From positions 663 through 64,662 of the forward strand of contig CASEIJ010000049.1 in assembly GCA_949288035.1 (NCBI GenBank): a stretch of DNA of 64,000 nt, written 5' to 3'. A program made the position numbers and the translations under genes. Position 1 is the first letter of the stretch. Each line of letters opens with the position of its first letter. This document shows, piece by piece, positions 20,229-29,938 of this stretch. The notes under the pieces were generated by a model. The model made no database searches, was not told the DNA's origin, and saw nothing but the letters and a program-made list of their open reading frames with translations. The stretch comes from an uncultured Mycoplasmatota bacterium. GTDB taxonomy: Bacteria; Bacillota_I; Bacilli_A; RF39; UBA660.

Positions 20229-21137
20229 ATGAAAAGGTTTATTGTAATAGGAGTCATTCTAGTACTGTTCTTATTCACTCCATTTCAGGTTTTAGGAAAA
20301 GATTATGATTCTATTTGTTTTGTGGGTGATTCTAGAACAGTCGGATTAAAAAATAGTACTGCTAATTCTTCTAAGTATGTTTTTATAGCGAAAGAAAGTA
20401 TGGGATATAATTGGTTTTCTTCAGAAGCAGTTAATACTTTAAGAAATCATTTAAACACACATTCTAATGGAGCAGTTGTATTTAATTTTGGAATCAATGA
20501 TATAGGTGCAACAGGAGAAGAAAATGTATATAAGTATATTTCTCTTTATAAACAATTAGAACAAGAATTTCCCGATACAGATTTCTATTATATGACGGTA
20601 AACCCAGTACAAAATCATCAGACAATATCAAATAGTGCTGTTGAAAAATTCAATTCTATCGTAGCACAAAATTTTCCAAATCAAATCATAGATACTTATT
20701 CGAATATCAATTTTCAATTTACAGATACAGTTCATTATCAAACAGCTACTTATCGTGACATTTTAAATTATACAGAAGAAGTATTAAAAGGAAAGAGTGG
20801 AAACATTAAAGAATATCATAAAAAACCATTAATGACAAAATTGGATCCAGATGCTGTTGGTTGTAAATTATTTGGAGATGACTTATTAGACTTATTAGCA
20901 GATATATACCATTGGATTAGAGGCGTTGCAGTTGCTGCTGTTGTTATTTTAGGTATTATGGATTTTATTAAAGCAGTTGTGGCAAATCACGAAGAAATGA
21001 TAAAAAAATCTGGTACAACATTTATGAAAAGATTGCTTTTACTTGTAATATTGATTATGTTACCAGATTTAATAGATTTTGTTTTAGCACTCATTTTTGG
21101 AAAATCAGAAGCTGGAAATTGTTTGGAAAAATTTTAA
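20229..21137 (+). CDS. Secreted SGNH/GDSL-type hydrolase with a C-terminal two-helix membrane hairpin
   Basis: Signal peptide; block I FVGDSRTVG, block III FNFGINDIG, block V DTVHY. Two hydrophobic helices sit at the C-terminus (GVAVAAVVILGIMDF, LLLLVILIMLPDLIDFVLALIFG). Confidence 0.6.
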   Translation: MKRFIVIGVILVLFLFTPFQVLGKDYDSICFVGDSRTVGLKNSTANSSKYVFIAKESMGYNWFSSEAVNTLRNHLNTHSNGAVVFNFGINDIGATGEENVYKYISLYKQLEQEFPDTDFYYMTVNPVQNHQTISNSAVEKFNSIVAQNFPNQIIDTYSNINFQFTDTVHYQTATYRDILNYTEEVLKGKSGNIKEYHKKPLMTKLDPDAVGCKLFGDDLLDLLADIYHWIRGVAVAAVVILGIMDFIKAVVANHEEMIKKSGTTFMKRLLLLVILIMLPDLIDFVLALIFGKSEAGNCLEKF

Positions 21138-21159
21138 AGCAGGTAAAGTTACCTGCTTT
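21136..21159. terminator. Bidirectional hairpin between convergent genes
   Basis: Arms AAAGCAGGT (21136-21144) and ACCTGCTTT (21151-21159), T-rich on both sides. It overlaps both stop regions. Confidence 0.55.
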
Positions 21160-22120
21160 TAATTTTTTGTTTGGAAATATTTTTGTTGTGATCTAACCAA
21201 TAATATTCAGAAGTGTTGTAATTGTTTATGTAATTATCGAATATGTGATTTGATTCTGGTATTACATCAAAAATAGAAATCCCTTCTTGATTGAGATGAA
21301 TTACAAATTGTTCCAGTGTTTCAAAAGAAATAGATTGTGAATCGAGCACAATGACTTTCACATCAAGCTTATTAATCATTGCTTTTATAAAAGAAATATC
21401 TTTATAGGAAAAATCCATTGGCTGAATAATCAGAAAACAATTATTTAAACGATGTATATTTAAATAGTTCTTTAATTTTTGATATGTAATACTTTCACGT
21501 AAATCATGAATTTGCTTTTTATGGGTTAGATATTTAGATAAGAAATAATAAGAGTGATTATAGTTTGAATTTAAAAAATGAATGATTGTATTTGTAAGAG
21601 TTATCATGCTTTCATTGAATAGATTTGGGTGTTTTATGAATCTGTACTTTGTTAATGGATCATCTAAGTCTATAATTTTTACTTGTCCGGTATTAGTATA
21701 AATAATATTATCTAATTTATAATCTAGCGGATAAATATTATTAGTGGATAATTCCTCAGCATTACGTAATAATTGTTTTACAATATTTTCTTTTTCTATA
21801 AAAGGTAGTTGTTGTAATTCATATAATATTTTTCCTTCATAGTATGGATAACATATGCCACAGAATTTTTGGTCGATATATAAACGTTCGTAATTTAGAT
21901 CTGTATATCGTAACTTTTTATTTAAATATTTCACCAATTGAAATTTAATTGGATGAGGTTTAAGACATGGGTTTGAAATTAGTTGATATCCAAAATCAGA
22001 GTGTGTTTTTACAAGGGTGTGATATCTTTTAAATGCAGTTGTATCATTATGAGAAACTGCTCCAAATGTTCCTGCAGAAATATATGTTAGTTGTTTAAAT
22101 TCATTTTCTGTTAAATTCAT
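21149..22120 (-). CDS. Hanks-type protein-kinase-like protein with an uncharacterised C-terminal domain
   Basis: Gly-rich loop plus Lys: SAGTFGAVSHNDTTAFKRY. Catalytic-loop-like PLDYKLDNIIY (DxKxxN) and DFG-like IIDLDD. The AAAGGAG SD serves the ATG at 22120 (MNLTENEF...). Confidence 0.5.
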   Translation of the reverse strand: MNLTENEFKQLTYISAGTFGAVSHNDTTAFKRYHTLVKTHSDFGYQLISNPCLKPHPIKFQLVKYLNKKLRYTDLNYERLYIDQKFCGICYPYYEGKILYELQQLPFIEKENIVKQLLRNAEELSTNNIYPLDYKLDNIIYTNTGQVKIIDLDDPLTKYRFIKHPNLFNESMITLTNTIIHFLNSNYNHSYYFLSKYLTHKKQIHDLRESITYQKLKNYLNIHRLNNCFLIIQPMDFSYKDISFIKAMINKLDVKVIVLDSQSISFETLEQFVIHLNQEGISIFDVIPESNHIFDNYINNYNTSEYYWLDHNKNISKQKIKSR

Positions 22121-22254
22121 TTCATTTACTCCTTTGTTTTCAATAATAACAAAGTTTTTAAAAGGAAACAATAGAAAATACAAAAAATGATATTTTCCTC
22201 CTCCTGATGATATGATAAAATAAATCTGTATTTATAAGGAAGAAGGCGAATGCA

Positions 22255-24204
22255 TTGTTTGAATTAGTGTCAAAATATAAACCAAGTGGAGATCAACCAG
22301 AAGCAATTCAGAAATTAGCAGATGGAATTAAAAATAATGTGAAACATCAAGTTTTATTAGGTGCAACGGGAACGGGAAAGACATTTACGATTGCAAATGT
22401 TATAAAAGAAGTAAATAAACCTACTTTAGTACTTGCTCATAATAAAACTTTAGCAGGTCAATTATATGGTGAATTAAAAGAATTATTTCCTAATAATCAT
22501 GTAGAATATTTTGTCTCATACTATGATTATTATCAACCAGAAGCATATGTTGCAAAAACAGATACTTATATTGAAAAAGATGCTGCTATTAATGATGAAA
22601 TAGATGAACTACGTCACTCTGCTACCTCTGCCCTACTAAAATACAAAGATGTTATTGTAGTAGCGAGTGTTTCATGTATTTATGGAATCGGAGATATAGA
22701 AGAATATCGAAAGAAAATGCTTACTATAGATGTTGGAGAAACAATCGATCGTGATGAAGTGATTGAAAAATTAATTGAAATGTTATATGAACGTAATCAA
22801 ATGGATTTAAAACGTGGTGCGTTTCGCGTTCGTGGAGATACTTTAGAATTAGTTCCTATTAGTCAGCATGGTAAAGGAATTCGGATTGAGTTTTTTGGTG
22901 ATGAGGTAGAAAAAATTAATGAATTTGATACTGTAACAGGTGCGGTTTTGAGTTCTAAGAAGACGATTAGTATTTTTCCAGCTAGTCATTTTGTTACAAG
23001 CGAAGAAAAATTAAAAATTGCTGTAAAAAATATCAAAGAAGAATTAGAACAACAGTTAGAAAAATTTAAAAAAGAAAATAAGTTAATAGAATATCAAAGA
23101 TTGATGGAAAGAACGAATTATGATATGGAAATGCTTTTAGAAACAGGTTTTTGCCGTGGTGTAGAGAATTATTCTAGACCATTAGCGCTTAAACCTCCAG
23201 GAGCAATGCCTACTACATTAATTGATTTCTTTGGTGATGATTTTCTTTTAGTAGTGGATGAATCCCATGTGACATTACCACAGGTAAGAGGAATGTATAA
23301 TGGAGATAGAGCGCGAAAAGAAGTGCTTGTGAATTATGGTTTTCGTTTACCAAGTGCACTAGATAATAGACCACTACGTTTTGAGGAATTTGAGGGAAAG
23401 ATTCATCAAGCAATTTATGTTTCTGCAACGCCAGGGGATTATGAAAAAGCATTATCTAATGGCCATATCGTGGAACAGATTATTCGTCCAACAGGTTTAC
23501 TTGATCCAACAATTGAAGTAAAACCTACAAAAGATCAAATAGACGATTTATTAAATGAAATTCATAAACGAATTGATAAAAATGAAAGAACGTTAGTAAC
23601 AACTTTAACAATACGTATGGCAGAGGAATTAACGACATATTTGAAAAATGCCGATATCAAGGTTGCATATTTACATAGTGAAATAAAGACATTGGAACGT
23701 ATGCGTATTATTCGTGATTTAAGATTAGGAAAATATGATGTGGTAGTAGGAATTAACTTGTTACGCGAAGGAATTGATATTCCAGAAGTAAGCTTGATTG
23801 CTATATTAGATGCTGATAAACAAGGATTCTTACGTAGTGATAGAAGTTTAATTCAGACAATTGGACGAGCAGCTCGTAATAGCGAGGGACATGTGATTAT
23901 GTATGCAGATACAATCAGTGATTCTATGAAAATAGCAATCGAGGAGACGAGAAGACGTCGTGAGATTCAGATGAAATATAATCAAGAGCATGGAATTGTT
24001 CCTAAAACAATTATGAAAGAAATACACGAAGTGATTTCTAATAATCAGGAAATTGAAGAGAAGAAACCTGAGAAGATGAGTAAACATGAGAAAAAGAAAT
24101 TGATGATGGATATTGAGTCAGAAATGAATCAAGCAGCTAAAAATTTAGATTTTGAAAGGGCTATGGAATTAAGAGATATTTTATTTGAATTACAAAGCGA
24201 ATAA
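22255..24204 (+). CDS. uvrB: Excinuclease ABC subunit B
   Basis: [27 protein letters not shown], and a C-terminal UVR domain ([11 protein letters not shown]). TTG start with an AAGGAAGAAGG SD. Confidence 0.96.
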   Translation: MFELVSKYKPSGDQPEAIQKLADGIKNNVKHQVLLGATGTGKTFTIANVIKEVNKPTLVLAHNKTLAGQLYGELKELFPNNHVEYFVSYYDYYQPEAYVAKTDTYIEKDAAINDEIDELRHSATSALLKYKDVIVVASVSCIYGIGDIEEYRKKMLTIDVGETIDRDEVIEKLIEMLYERNQMDLKRGAFRVRGDTLELVPISQHGKGIRIEFFGDEVEKINEFDTVTGAVLSSKKTISIFPASHFVTSEEKLKIAVKNIKEELEQQLEKFKKENKLIEYQRLMERTNYDMEMLLETGFCRGVENYSRPLALKPPGAMPTTLIDFFGDDFLLVVDESHVTLPQVRGMYNGDRARKEVLVNYGFRLPSALDNRPLRFEEFEGKIHQAIYVSATPGDYEKALSNGHIVEQIIRPTGLLDPTIEVKPTKDQIDDLLNEIHKRIDKNERTLVTTLTIRMAEELTTYLKNADIKVAYLHSEIKTLERMRIIRDLRLGKYDVVVGINLLREGIDIPEVSLIAILDADKQGFLRSDRSLIQTIGRAARNSEGHVIMYADTISDSMKIAIEETRRRREIQMKYNQEHGIVPKTIMKEIHEVISNNQEIEEKKPEKMSKHEKKKLMMDIESEMNQAAKNLDFERAMELRDILFELQSE

Positions 24205-24216
24205 AGGCAAAAACAT

Positions 24217-24247
24217 TAGAGTATAACTAAACATATACTCTATTTTT
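24217..24247 (+). terminator. Rho-independent terminator after uvrB
   Basis: Arms TAGAGTATA (24217-24225) and TATACTCTA (24234-24242), followed by TTTTT. Confidence 0.65.
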
Positions 24248-24330
24248 GTCTAGAAATGTCATATGAATGAAGAAAAGTGTAGATACCTGTTTACATAGAA
24301 TTATGATATAATATACTGCAAGGAAGTGAA

Positions 24331-24765
24331 ATGATGAAAGTAATAATCGAAGATACAAATGATAAAAAGATACATTTGAATCGTATGATTGAATGGTTAG
24401 TAGGAATGGTAGGATATGCAATTATATTGATTGCTGTATCGCTGTTGTTTCCAAAAACACTACAAATTGATTCTAATTTATTTGGTATGTGGGCACTTGT
24501 GGCAGCAATTATTATATTTATCTTAAATAAAACAATTAAACCTATATTATTTTGGTTGACTTTACCAATTACGGGTCTTACGTTAGGGTTGTTTTATCCA
24601 TTTATTAATGTATTTATCCTATACATGGTAAGTTTTCTATTACAAGATCATTTTCAAATTCATGGTATTTGGATGGCATTTTTCATTGCTATTATTATAT
24701 CCATTTTAAATATGTTAATGGATAGTATTGTATTAACTCCATTATTTAGGAGAAAGAAAGTATGA
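24331..24765 (+). CDS. Small multi-TM membrane protein, phage-holin-family-IV/YvlD-like
   Basis: Four predicted TM helices. The pattern ...KPILFWLTLPITGLTLGLFYPFINVFIL resembles the holin-4/DUF360 family; this is a call from memory. Confidence 0.5.
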   Translation: MMKVIIEDTNDKKIHLNRMIEWLVGMVGYAIILIAVSLLFPKTLQIDSNLFGMWALVAAIIIFILNKTIKPILFWLTLPITGLTLGLFYPFINVFILYMVSFLLQDHFQIHGIWMAFFIAIIISILNMLMDSIVLTPLFRRKKV

Positions 24766-25559
24766 ATCCGATTTTAATAGAATTAGGTAATATACAAATT
24801 CATTGGTATTCAGTTTTTATTGCGATAGGATTAATATTAGGTGGTTATTTCGTTTTACAAGAAGCAAAACGCCATGGTATATCAGAAGATAAGATGATAG
24901 ACTTTTTCTTCTTTTTATTACCAATCGCATTTATTGGAGCAAGATTGTATTTTGTGTTATTTCATTTAGATTATTATTTAAGTGAACCGTTAGATGTCTT
25001 CAAAGTGTGGGAAGGTGGTCTTGCGATTCATGGCGGTATTATTGCCGGATTTCTTTATTTATTATATTTTACGAAAAAAAATAATTACTCTCCCCTTTTT
25101 TTCTGTGATATGATTGTCATAGGATTAATTTTAGGGCAAGCAATTGGACGTTGGGGAAATTTTATGAACAGCGAAGCTTATGGACCTGTAACCACATTAG
25201 CATTTTTAGAGAGCCTACATCTCCCTAAATTTATTATAGATGGAATGTATATTAATGGTGTTTATCATCAGCCAACTTTTTTATATGAATCTTTATGGTG
25301 TTTTTTAGGTTTTATTATTTTAATTTGTTTCCATAAAAATAAAAAGTTAAAATTAGGTACGTTAACTAGTTTTTATTTAATATGGTATGGAATTGAACGA
25401 TTTTTTGTCGAAAGCCTTAGGACGGATAGTTTAATGCTAGGAAATTTTAAAATAGCGCAAATTGTATCACTGTTATTTGTAGTGTCAGGAGTTATTTTAT
25501 GCATACTATGTTTAAAAAAGTGGAAAAAGAATTATTGGGAGGAAAAGTATGAGAAATAA
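24762..25559 (+). CDS. lgt: Prolipoprotein diacylglyceryl transferase
   Basis: GARLYFV, WEGGLAIHGG and GRWGNFMNSEAYG motifs. Confidence 0.93.
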   Translation: MNPILIELGNIQIHWYSVFIAIGLILGGYFVLQEAKRHGISEDKMIDFFFFLLPIAFIGARLYFVLFHLDYYLSEPLDVFKVWEGGLAIHGGIIAGFLYLLYFTKKNNYSPLFFCDMIVIGLILGQAIGRWGNFMNSEAYGPVTTLAFLESLHLPKFIIDGMYINGVYHQPTFLYESLWCFLGFIILICFHKNKKLKLGTLTSFYLIWYGIERFFVESLRTDSLMLGNFKIAQIVSLLFVVSGVILCILCLKKWKKNYWEEKYEK

Positions 25560-26454
25560 TAAGTATCCATTTATTGTAATCGGTGGTGGTATAAGTGGTA
25601 TGACAGCAGCGATTTATTTGAAAAGAGCTGGTTACGATGTTATGATTTTAGAAAGGGAGATTCCTGGGGGACAGATCAATCGTACAGCAGAAATAGACAA
25701 TTATCCTGGATTTCTAACAATTGATGGTCCTAGTTTAGCAATGAATGTATATCAACAAACTCAAAAGCTAAATATTCCAATGATTTTTGAAGATGTTCTA
25801 AATATCAATAAGGAACAAGAAATTAAAATTATGACAAAACAGAATGAATATATTTGTGATCGTTTAATTATTGCAACTGGAAGAACGCCTAGAAAGTTAG
25901 AATTACGTGATGAAGAAAAATATATAGGGCATGGTATTAGTTATTGCGCTTTATGTGATGGCGCATTTTTCAAAGATAAGACAGTTGCTGTTATAGGAAG
26001 TGGCAATAGTGCCTTGGAAGAAGCACTTTATTTAACAAAACTTTGTAAAAAAATCATTATGATTAATCGCAGTGAAAAATTTAAAGGTAGTAAGATTCTT
26101 TATGAAAAACTGAAAGCAAGTCCTAAAGTTCATTTTTTATACCAAACTCATGTTGTAGGAATATTAGGCAATGAAGAAAAAATAACAGGTATTGAAGTTA
26201 TGCAAGAAGAAAAGAAATCAATATTACAATTAGATGGTTTATTTGTTTATATTGGATCTATTCCAAATACTTCATTTTTAAAAAATATTGATATTCATCT
26301 TGATCAAGGTTTTATAGTAACAGATCAAAATATGCATACTAATATAGAAGGAATTTATGCATGCGGTGATTGTGTTAAAAAAGAAGTTTATCAATTAACA
26401 ACTGCAGTGGGTGATGGTGCTACTGCAGCAACAACAGCCGAAAAAGAATTATAA
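25549..26454 (+). CDS. trxB: Thioredoxin-reductase-like flavoprotein
   Basis: GGGISGMTAAIY (FAD), redox CALCDGAFF, and GSGNSALEEALYL. The canonical HRRxxFR NADPH motif reads NRSEKFKG here. Confidence 0.8.
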   Translation: MRNNKYPFIVIGGGISGMTAAIYLKRAGYDVMILEREIPGGQINRTAEIDNYPGFLTIDGPSLAMNVYQQTQKLNIPMIFEDVLNINKEQEIKIMTKQNEYICDRLIIATGRTPRKLELRDEEKYIGHGISYCALCDGAFFKDKTVAVIGSGNSALEEALYLTKLCKKIIMINRSEKFKGSKILYEKLKASPKVHFLYQTHVVGILGNEEKITGIEVMQEEKKSILQLDGLFVYIGSIPNTSFLKNIDIHLDQGFIVTDQNMHTNIEGIYACGDCVKKEVYQLTTAVGDGATAATTAEKEL

Positions 26455-26522
26455 AATTCTTTTTCTTTTTCCTTTGATTATCAAAATGATTAAAATTATA
26501 GTATAATAATAATGGTGATAGT

Positions 26523-27467
26523 ATGAAAAAGAAGATTGTCGTATTAGGTGGAGGAACAGGAATGTCTACTCTACTTCGAGGCTTAAAGCAATTTCCGGTA
26601 GATATTACAGCAATTGTATCTGTTTGCGATGATGGGAAAAGTACAGGGCGTTTACGCCAAGAATTTAATACCATTGCTGTTGGTGATATGAGACGTGTTT
26701 TAGTAGCTCTTTCTGAGGTTGAACCTCTTGTTGAGAAGTTATTTAATTACCGTTTTCACACAACAAGTGATTTAGATGGTCATACTGTGGGTAATTTATT
26801 ATTAACTGCAATGTCTAATATTAATGGTAATTTATCAGAAGGAATTGAAGCATTAGCTAAAATATTAAATTTAAAAGGACGCGTATTGCCATTAACTGAG
26901 GATAATGTTGTATTGATGGCAAAAATGGAAGATGGAAGAGTGATTGAAGGAGAACATAATATTACCGAAACACATGGTGTAATTAAAAAGGTATATTATA
27001 AAGAAGAACCAGTAGTTAGTTCAGAAGTAATTCGTTCTATTAAAGAGGCAGATTTAATATTATTATCGATGGGAAGTTTATATACAAGTATTATTCCGAA
27101 TTTAATCTGTAAAGATGTAATACATGCGATTGATAAAAGTCATGCTCAAGTGATGTATGTATGCAATATGATGACACAACCAGGAGAAACAGATAATTTT
27201 ACAGTTGCAGATCATGTCGAAGTTTTAAATCGTTATTTAGGAAAACATAAAGTAGATAAAGTAATTGTAAATGAAGGGAAAATTGATAAGGTTTTAAGGG
27301 ATAAATATGCGGATTTAGAACAAAAAGACCCTGTAAAAGTTGATATTGCTGCTTTGCGAAAATTAAATGTAAAAATAATAGAAGATGATTTTGTAATTAT
27401 AGAAGATGGAGTTTTAAGACATAATTCTATGAAATTAGCATTCCACATCTTCTCTAACTTATTATAA
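26523..27467 (+). CDS. yvcK: YvcK/GlmR-family (CofD-like) gluconeogenesis/cell-shape factor
   Basis: VVLGGGTGMSTLLRGLK, and its position directly upstream of whiA. Confidence 0.9.
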   Translation: MKKKIVVLGGGTGMSTLLRGLKQFPVDITAIVSVCDDGKSTGRLRQEFNTIAVGDMRRVLVALSEVEPLVEKLFNYRFHTTSDLDGHTVGNLLLTAMSNINGNLSEGIEALAKILNLKGRVLPLTEDNVVLMAKMEDGRVIEGEHNITETHGVIKKVYYKEEPVVSSEVIRSIKEADLILLSMGSLYTSIIPNLICKDVIHAIDKSHAQVMYVCNMMTQPGETDNFTVADHVEVLNRYLGKHKVDKVIVNEGKIDKVLRDKYADLEQKDPVKVDIAALRKLNVKIIEDDFVIIEDGVLRHNSMKLAFHIFSNLL

Positions 27468-28399
27468 TGTCATTCACAGGTTCAATTAAAGAAGAAGTAT
27501 GCAATTTAAGAACAACTAAGACAGATGAAATATCAGAATTATCCGCTTTGGTTAGAAATCTTGCTACAATTTATGATCAATATTTTCAAGTAACGACTGA
27601 AAATGAAAATGTTTCTCGTCGTATTTTTCAATTAATTCAAAAAAATTATGATGTAACAAGTAAAATTATCGTACGTCGTGGATATAATTTTAATAAAAAC
27701 TTACAATATATATTAGAAGTGAAATATAAAGAAAATGAAATATTAGAAGATTTATCAATTATAGAACATGGTAAGATGAGAATGGTTCCTCATTCATATA
27801 TTTATGATGATTTTGAATTAAAGCGTTCTTATTTGAGAGGTGTATTTTTATCATGCGGTAGTATGAATGATCCGAAAACATCTCGTTATCATTTAGAATT
27901 TGTTTTTAGTGATTTAGAATATGCGGAATTTATATTAGGTTTATTAAATGGCTTTCATTTAAATGCTAAACTATTAAAAAGAGATAATAAATATATGGTA
28001 TACATGAAAGAAGCAGAAAAAATTGGTGATTTTTTGAGAATTATAGGCGCTGATAAGGCAACGATGTATTATGAAGATATTCGTATTTATCGAGAAGAAA
28101 AAAATAGAACGAATCGGTTAAATAATTGTGAACAGGCCAATGTTGAAAAATTAATGGAAACTGCTAACCAACAAATAAAAGATATTCAATATTTAAAGGA
28201 TAAGAATGTATTTGAATTATTAGATGATAAAGTACAGGAAGTAGCCAATTATCGATTAAAATATCCAGAAGTATCTTTATTAGAGTTAAGTGAGATTATT
28301 AGTATAGAAACAGGTAATAAAATAACGAAGTCAGGATTACATCATCGCTTTAAAAAGATAAAAGATTTAGCTAGCAAGACAAAAGCATGCGAAAAATAA
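27467..28399 (+). CDS. whiA: Sporulation/cell-division regulator WhiA
   Basis: 310 aa with LAGLIDADG-like repeats (YLRGVFLSCGS) and a C-terminal HTH (KSGLHHRFKKI). yvcK-whiA synteny. Confidence 0.9.
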   Translation: MSFTGSIKEEVCNLRTTKTDEISELSALVRNLATIYDQYFQVTTENENVSRRIFQLIQKNYDVTSKIIVRRGYNFNKNLQYILEVKYKENEILEDLSIIEHGKMRMVPHSYIYDDFELKRSYLRGVFLSCGSMNDPKTSRYHLEFVFSDLEYAEFILGLLNGFHLNAKLLKRDNKYMVYMKEAEKIGDFLRIIGADKATMYYEDIRIYREEKNRTNRLNNCEQANVEKLMETANQQIKDIQYLKDKNVFELLDDKVQEVANYRLKYPEVSLLELSEIISIETGNKITKSGLHHRFKKIKDLASKTKACEK

Positions 28400-28500
28400 A
28401 ATGAATTTGCAAAATTGCATTTTCATTTTTTTATTTTTGTTATAAGATATGTGGAAGACATATTTGAAAAAATATAGTATAATGTTGTATAGGTGATTTC

Positions 28501-29475
28501 ATGGAAACAATGTTTAAAAAACTAACGTCTTTAATTCGTGAAAGTGATAATGTAATGATTATGGCACATCATGATATTGACATGGATGCTTTTGGTTCTT
28601 CTTTAGCACTTTATGAAATTGTTCGAAGTTTTGATAAAAATTCGTATGTTTTTTTAGAAAATCTAAAAGATAATATGGCAATTTCTCATGCACTAGAAAG
28701 TTTAGAAGATGCGAAAATTGATATTGCTTTTTTAAATGAAAAAACCTATTTAGAGTATAAAAGAAAAAATAGTTTGTTAGTTATATTAGATGTATATAAA
28801 AAAGAAATGTTAGAGTTTCCTGAAGTAGTAAATAAGTTTGAAAATATTGTAGTAATTGATCATCATGTGAAAAATATGACAATACAGTACCATACATTAT
28901 TTGAATATATTGCACCTGATTTATCAAGTGTGAATGAGATTATGGTTGATTACTTAAAATATTTAAATAAAACAGTAAATCCAGTTATCGCAACAATTAT
29001 GTTAGCTGGAATAGAAATTGATACAAATCAATTTAATGTTAAAACAACGGATAAAACATATGAAGCAGCAGCTTTTTTAACAAAGATAGGTGCAGACCAT
29101 GTTTTGAAACAGGAATTATTAAAAGAAGATCGAAGTAGTTACTTAAAAAGACAACATTTTGTGAAAAAAAGTTTTATGGTCAATCAAAATATGGCGATGT
29201 GTATTTTAGATGAACAACATTATGAAAGAAAAGATTTAGCAGTAATTGCTGAAGAACTGTTAAAATTTGATAATGTTGAAGCTTCTTTTGTAATAGGACG
29301 ATTAGATAAAGAAACAGTATATGTAAGTGCACGTTCTATTGGAAAGATTAATGTAGAAGAATATATGGAACAATTAGGTGGTGGTGGTCATACAACCGAT
29401 GCAGCTACTAGTGTTAAAAATAAAACAATTTCAGAAGTGAAAGAAGCATTAATTCAAGTATTGAATGGAAGGTGA
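28501..29475 (+). CDS. DHH/DHHA1 phosphoesterase (stand-alone; in the GdpP position upstream of rplI)
   Basis: HHDIDMDAFGS, VIDHHV and GGGGHTTDAA motifs. At 324 aa it has no TM/PAS/GGDEF-like N-terminus. Confidence 0.8.
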   Translation: METMFKKLTSLIRESDNVMIMAHHDIDMDAFGSSLALYEIVRSFDKNSYVFLENLKDNMAISHALESLEDAKIDIAFLNEKTYLEYKRKNSLLVILDVYKKEMLEFPEVVNKFENIVVIDHHVKNMTIQYHTLFEYIAPDLSSVNEIMVDYLKYLNKTVNPVIATIMLAGIEIDTNQFNVKTTDKTYEAAAFLTKIGADHVLKQELLKEDRSSYLKRQHFVKKSFMVNQNMAMCILDEQHYERKDLAVIAEELLKFDNVEASFVIGRLDKETVYVSARSIGKINVEEYMEQLGGGGHTTDAATSVKNKTISEVKEALIQVLNGR

Positions 29476-29479
29476 AACA

Positions 29480-29917
29480 ATGAAGGTAATATTTATTCGT
29501 GATTTAAAAGGTCAAGGTAAAAAAGGTGAAGTAAAAGAAGTGAAAGATGGGTATGGAAATAACTTTCTAATTAAGAATGGGTATGCGGTTTTAGCAAGTT
29601 CTGGAAATATGACGAAATTAAAAAATGAAGAAGCACGTCGTGGTATTGAAGAGACTTTAAAAGTACATGATATGGAAGATATAAAAAAGGAATTAGAAGC
29701 AAAAACATTTGAATTTAGTGCTAAAACAGGAAAAGAAGGAAAAATGTTTGGACAAATTTCTATAAAACAAATAAAAGAAGCTTTAAACAAAGAAGGATTT
29801 CATATTGATAAAAAACAGATTCATTTAGATCATCCAATTCAAAGTTTAGGGACGCATTTTGTAGAAATAGAATTACATAAAAAAGTAATTGCGAAAATGA
29901 AAGTTCACGTAAAATAA
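29480..29917 (+). CDS. rplI: 50S ribosomal protein L9
   Basis: MKVIFIRDLKGQGKKGEVKEVKDGYGNNFLI. The GAAGGTGA SD serves the ATG at 29480. Confidence 0.95.
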   Translation: MKVIFIRDLKGQGKKGEVKEVKDGYGNNFLIKNGYAVLASSGNMTKLKNEEARRGIEETLKVHDMEDIKKELEAKTFEFSAKTGKEGKMFGQISIKQIKEALNKEGFHIDKKQIHLDHPIQSLGTHFVEIELHKKVIAKMKVHVK

Positions 29918-29938
29918 ATGTAGTTCGGGGGGATTGTT

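Noticed and set aside
24227-24421. Short minus-strand ORFs bridging intergenic regions
   Set aside because: This covers 24227-24421, 26420-26674, 45464-45685, 47953-48153, 52375-52569, 57908-58108 and 60204-60395. Each overlaps terminators, promoters or the ends of well-supported genes on the other strand. They have no SD and hydrophobic, low-complexity translations.
28400-28500. Possible extra DnaA box (TGTGGAAGA) and promoter upstream of the DHH gene
   Set aside because: The box has two mismatches to the consensus and stands alone far from oriC. The spacing of the -35 and -10 candidates does not fit.
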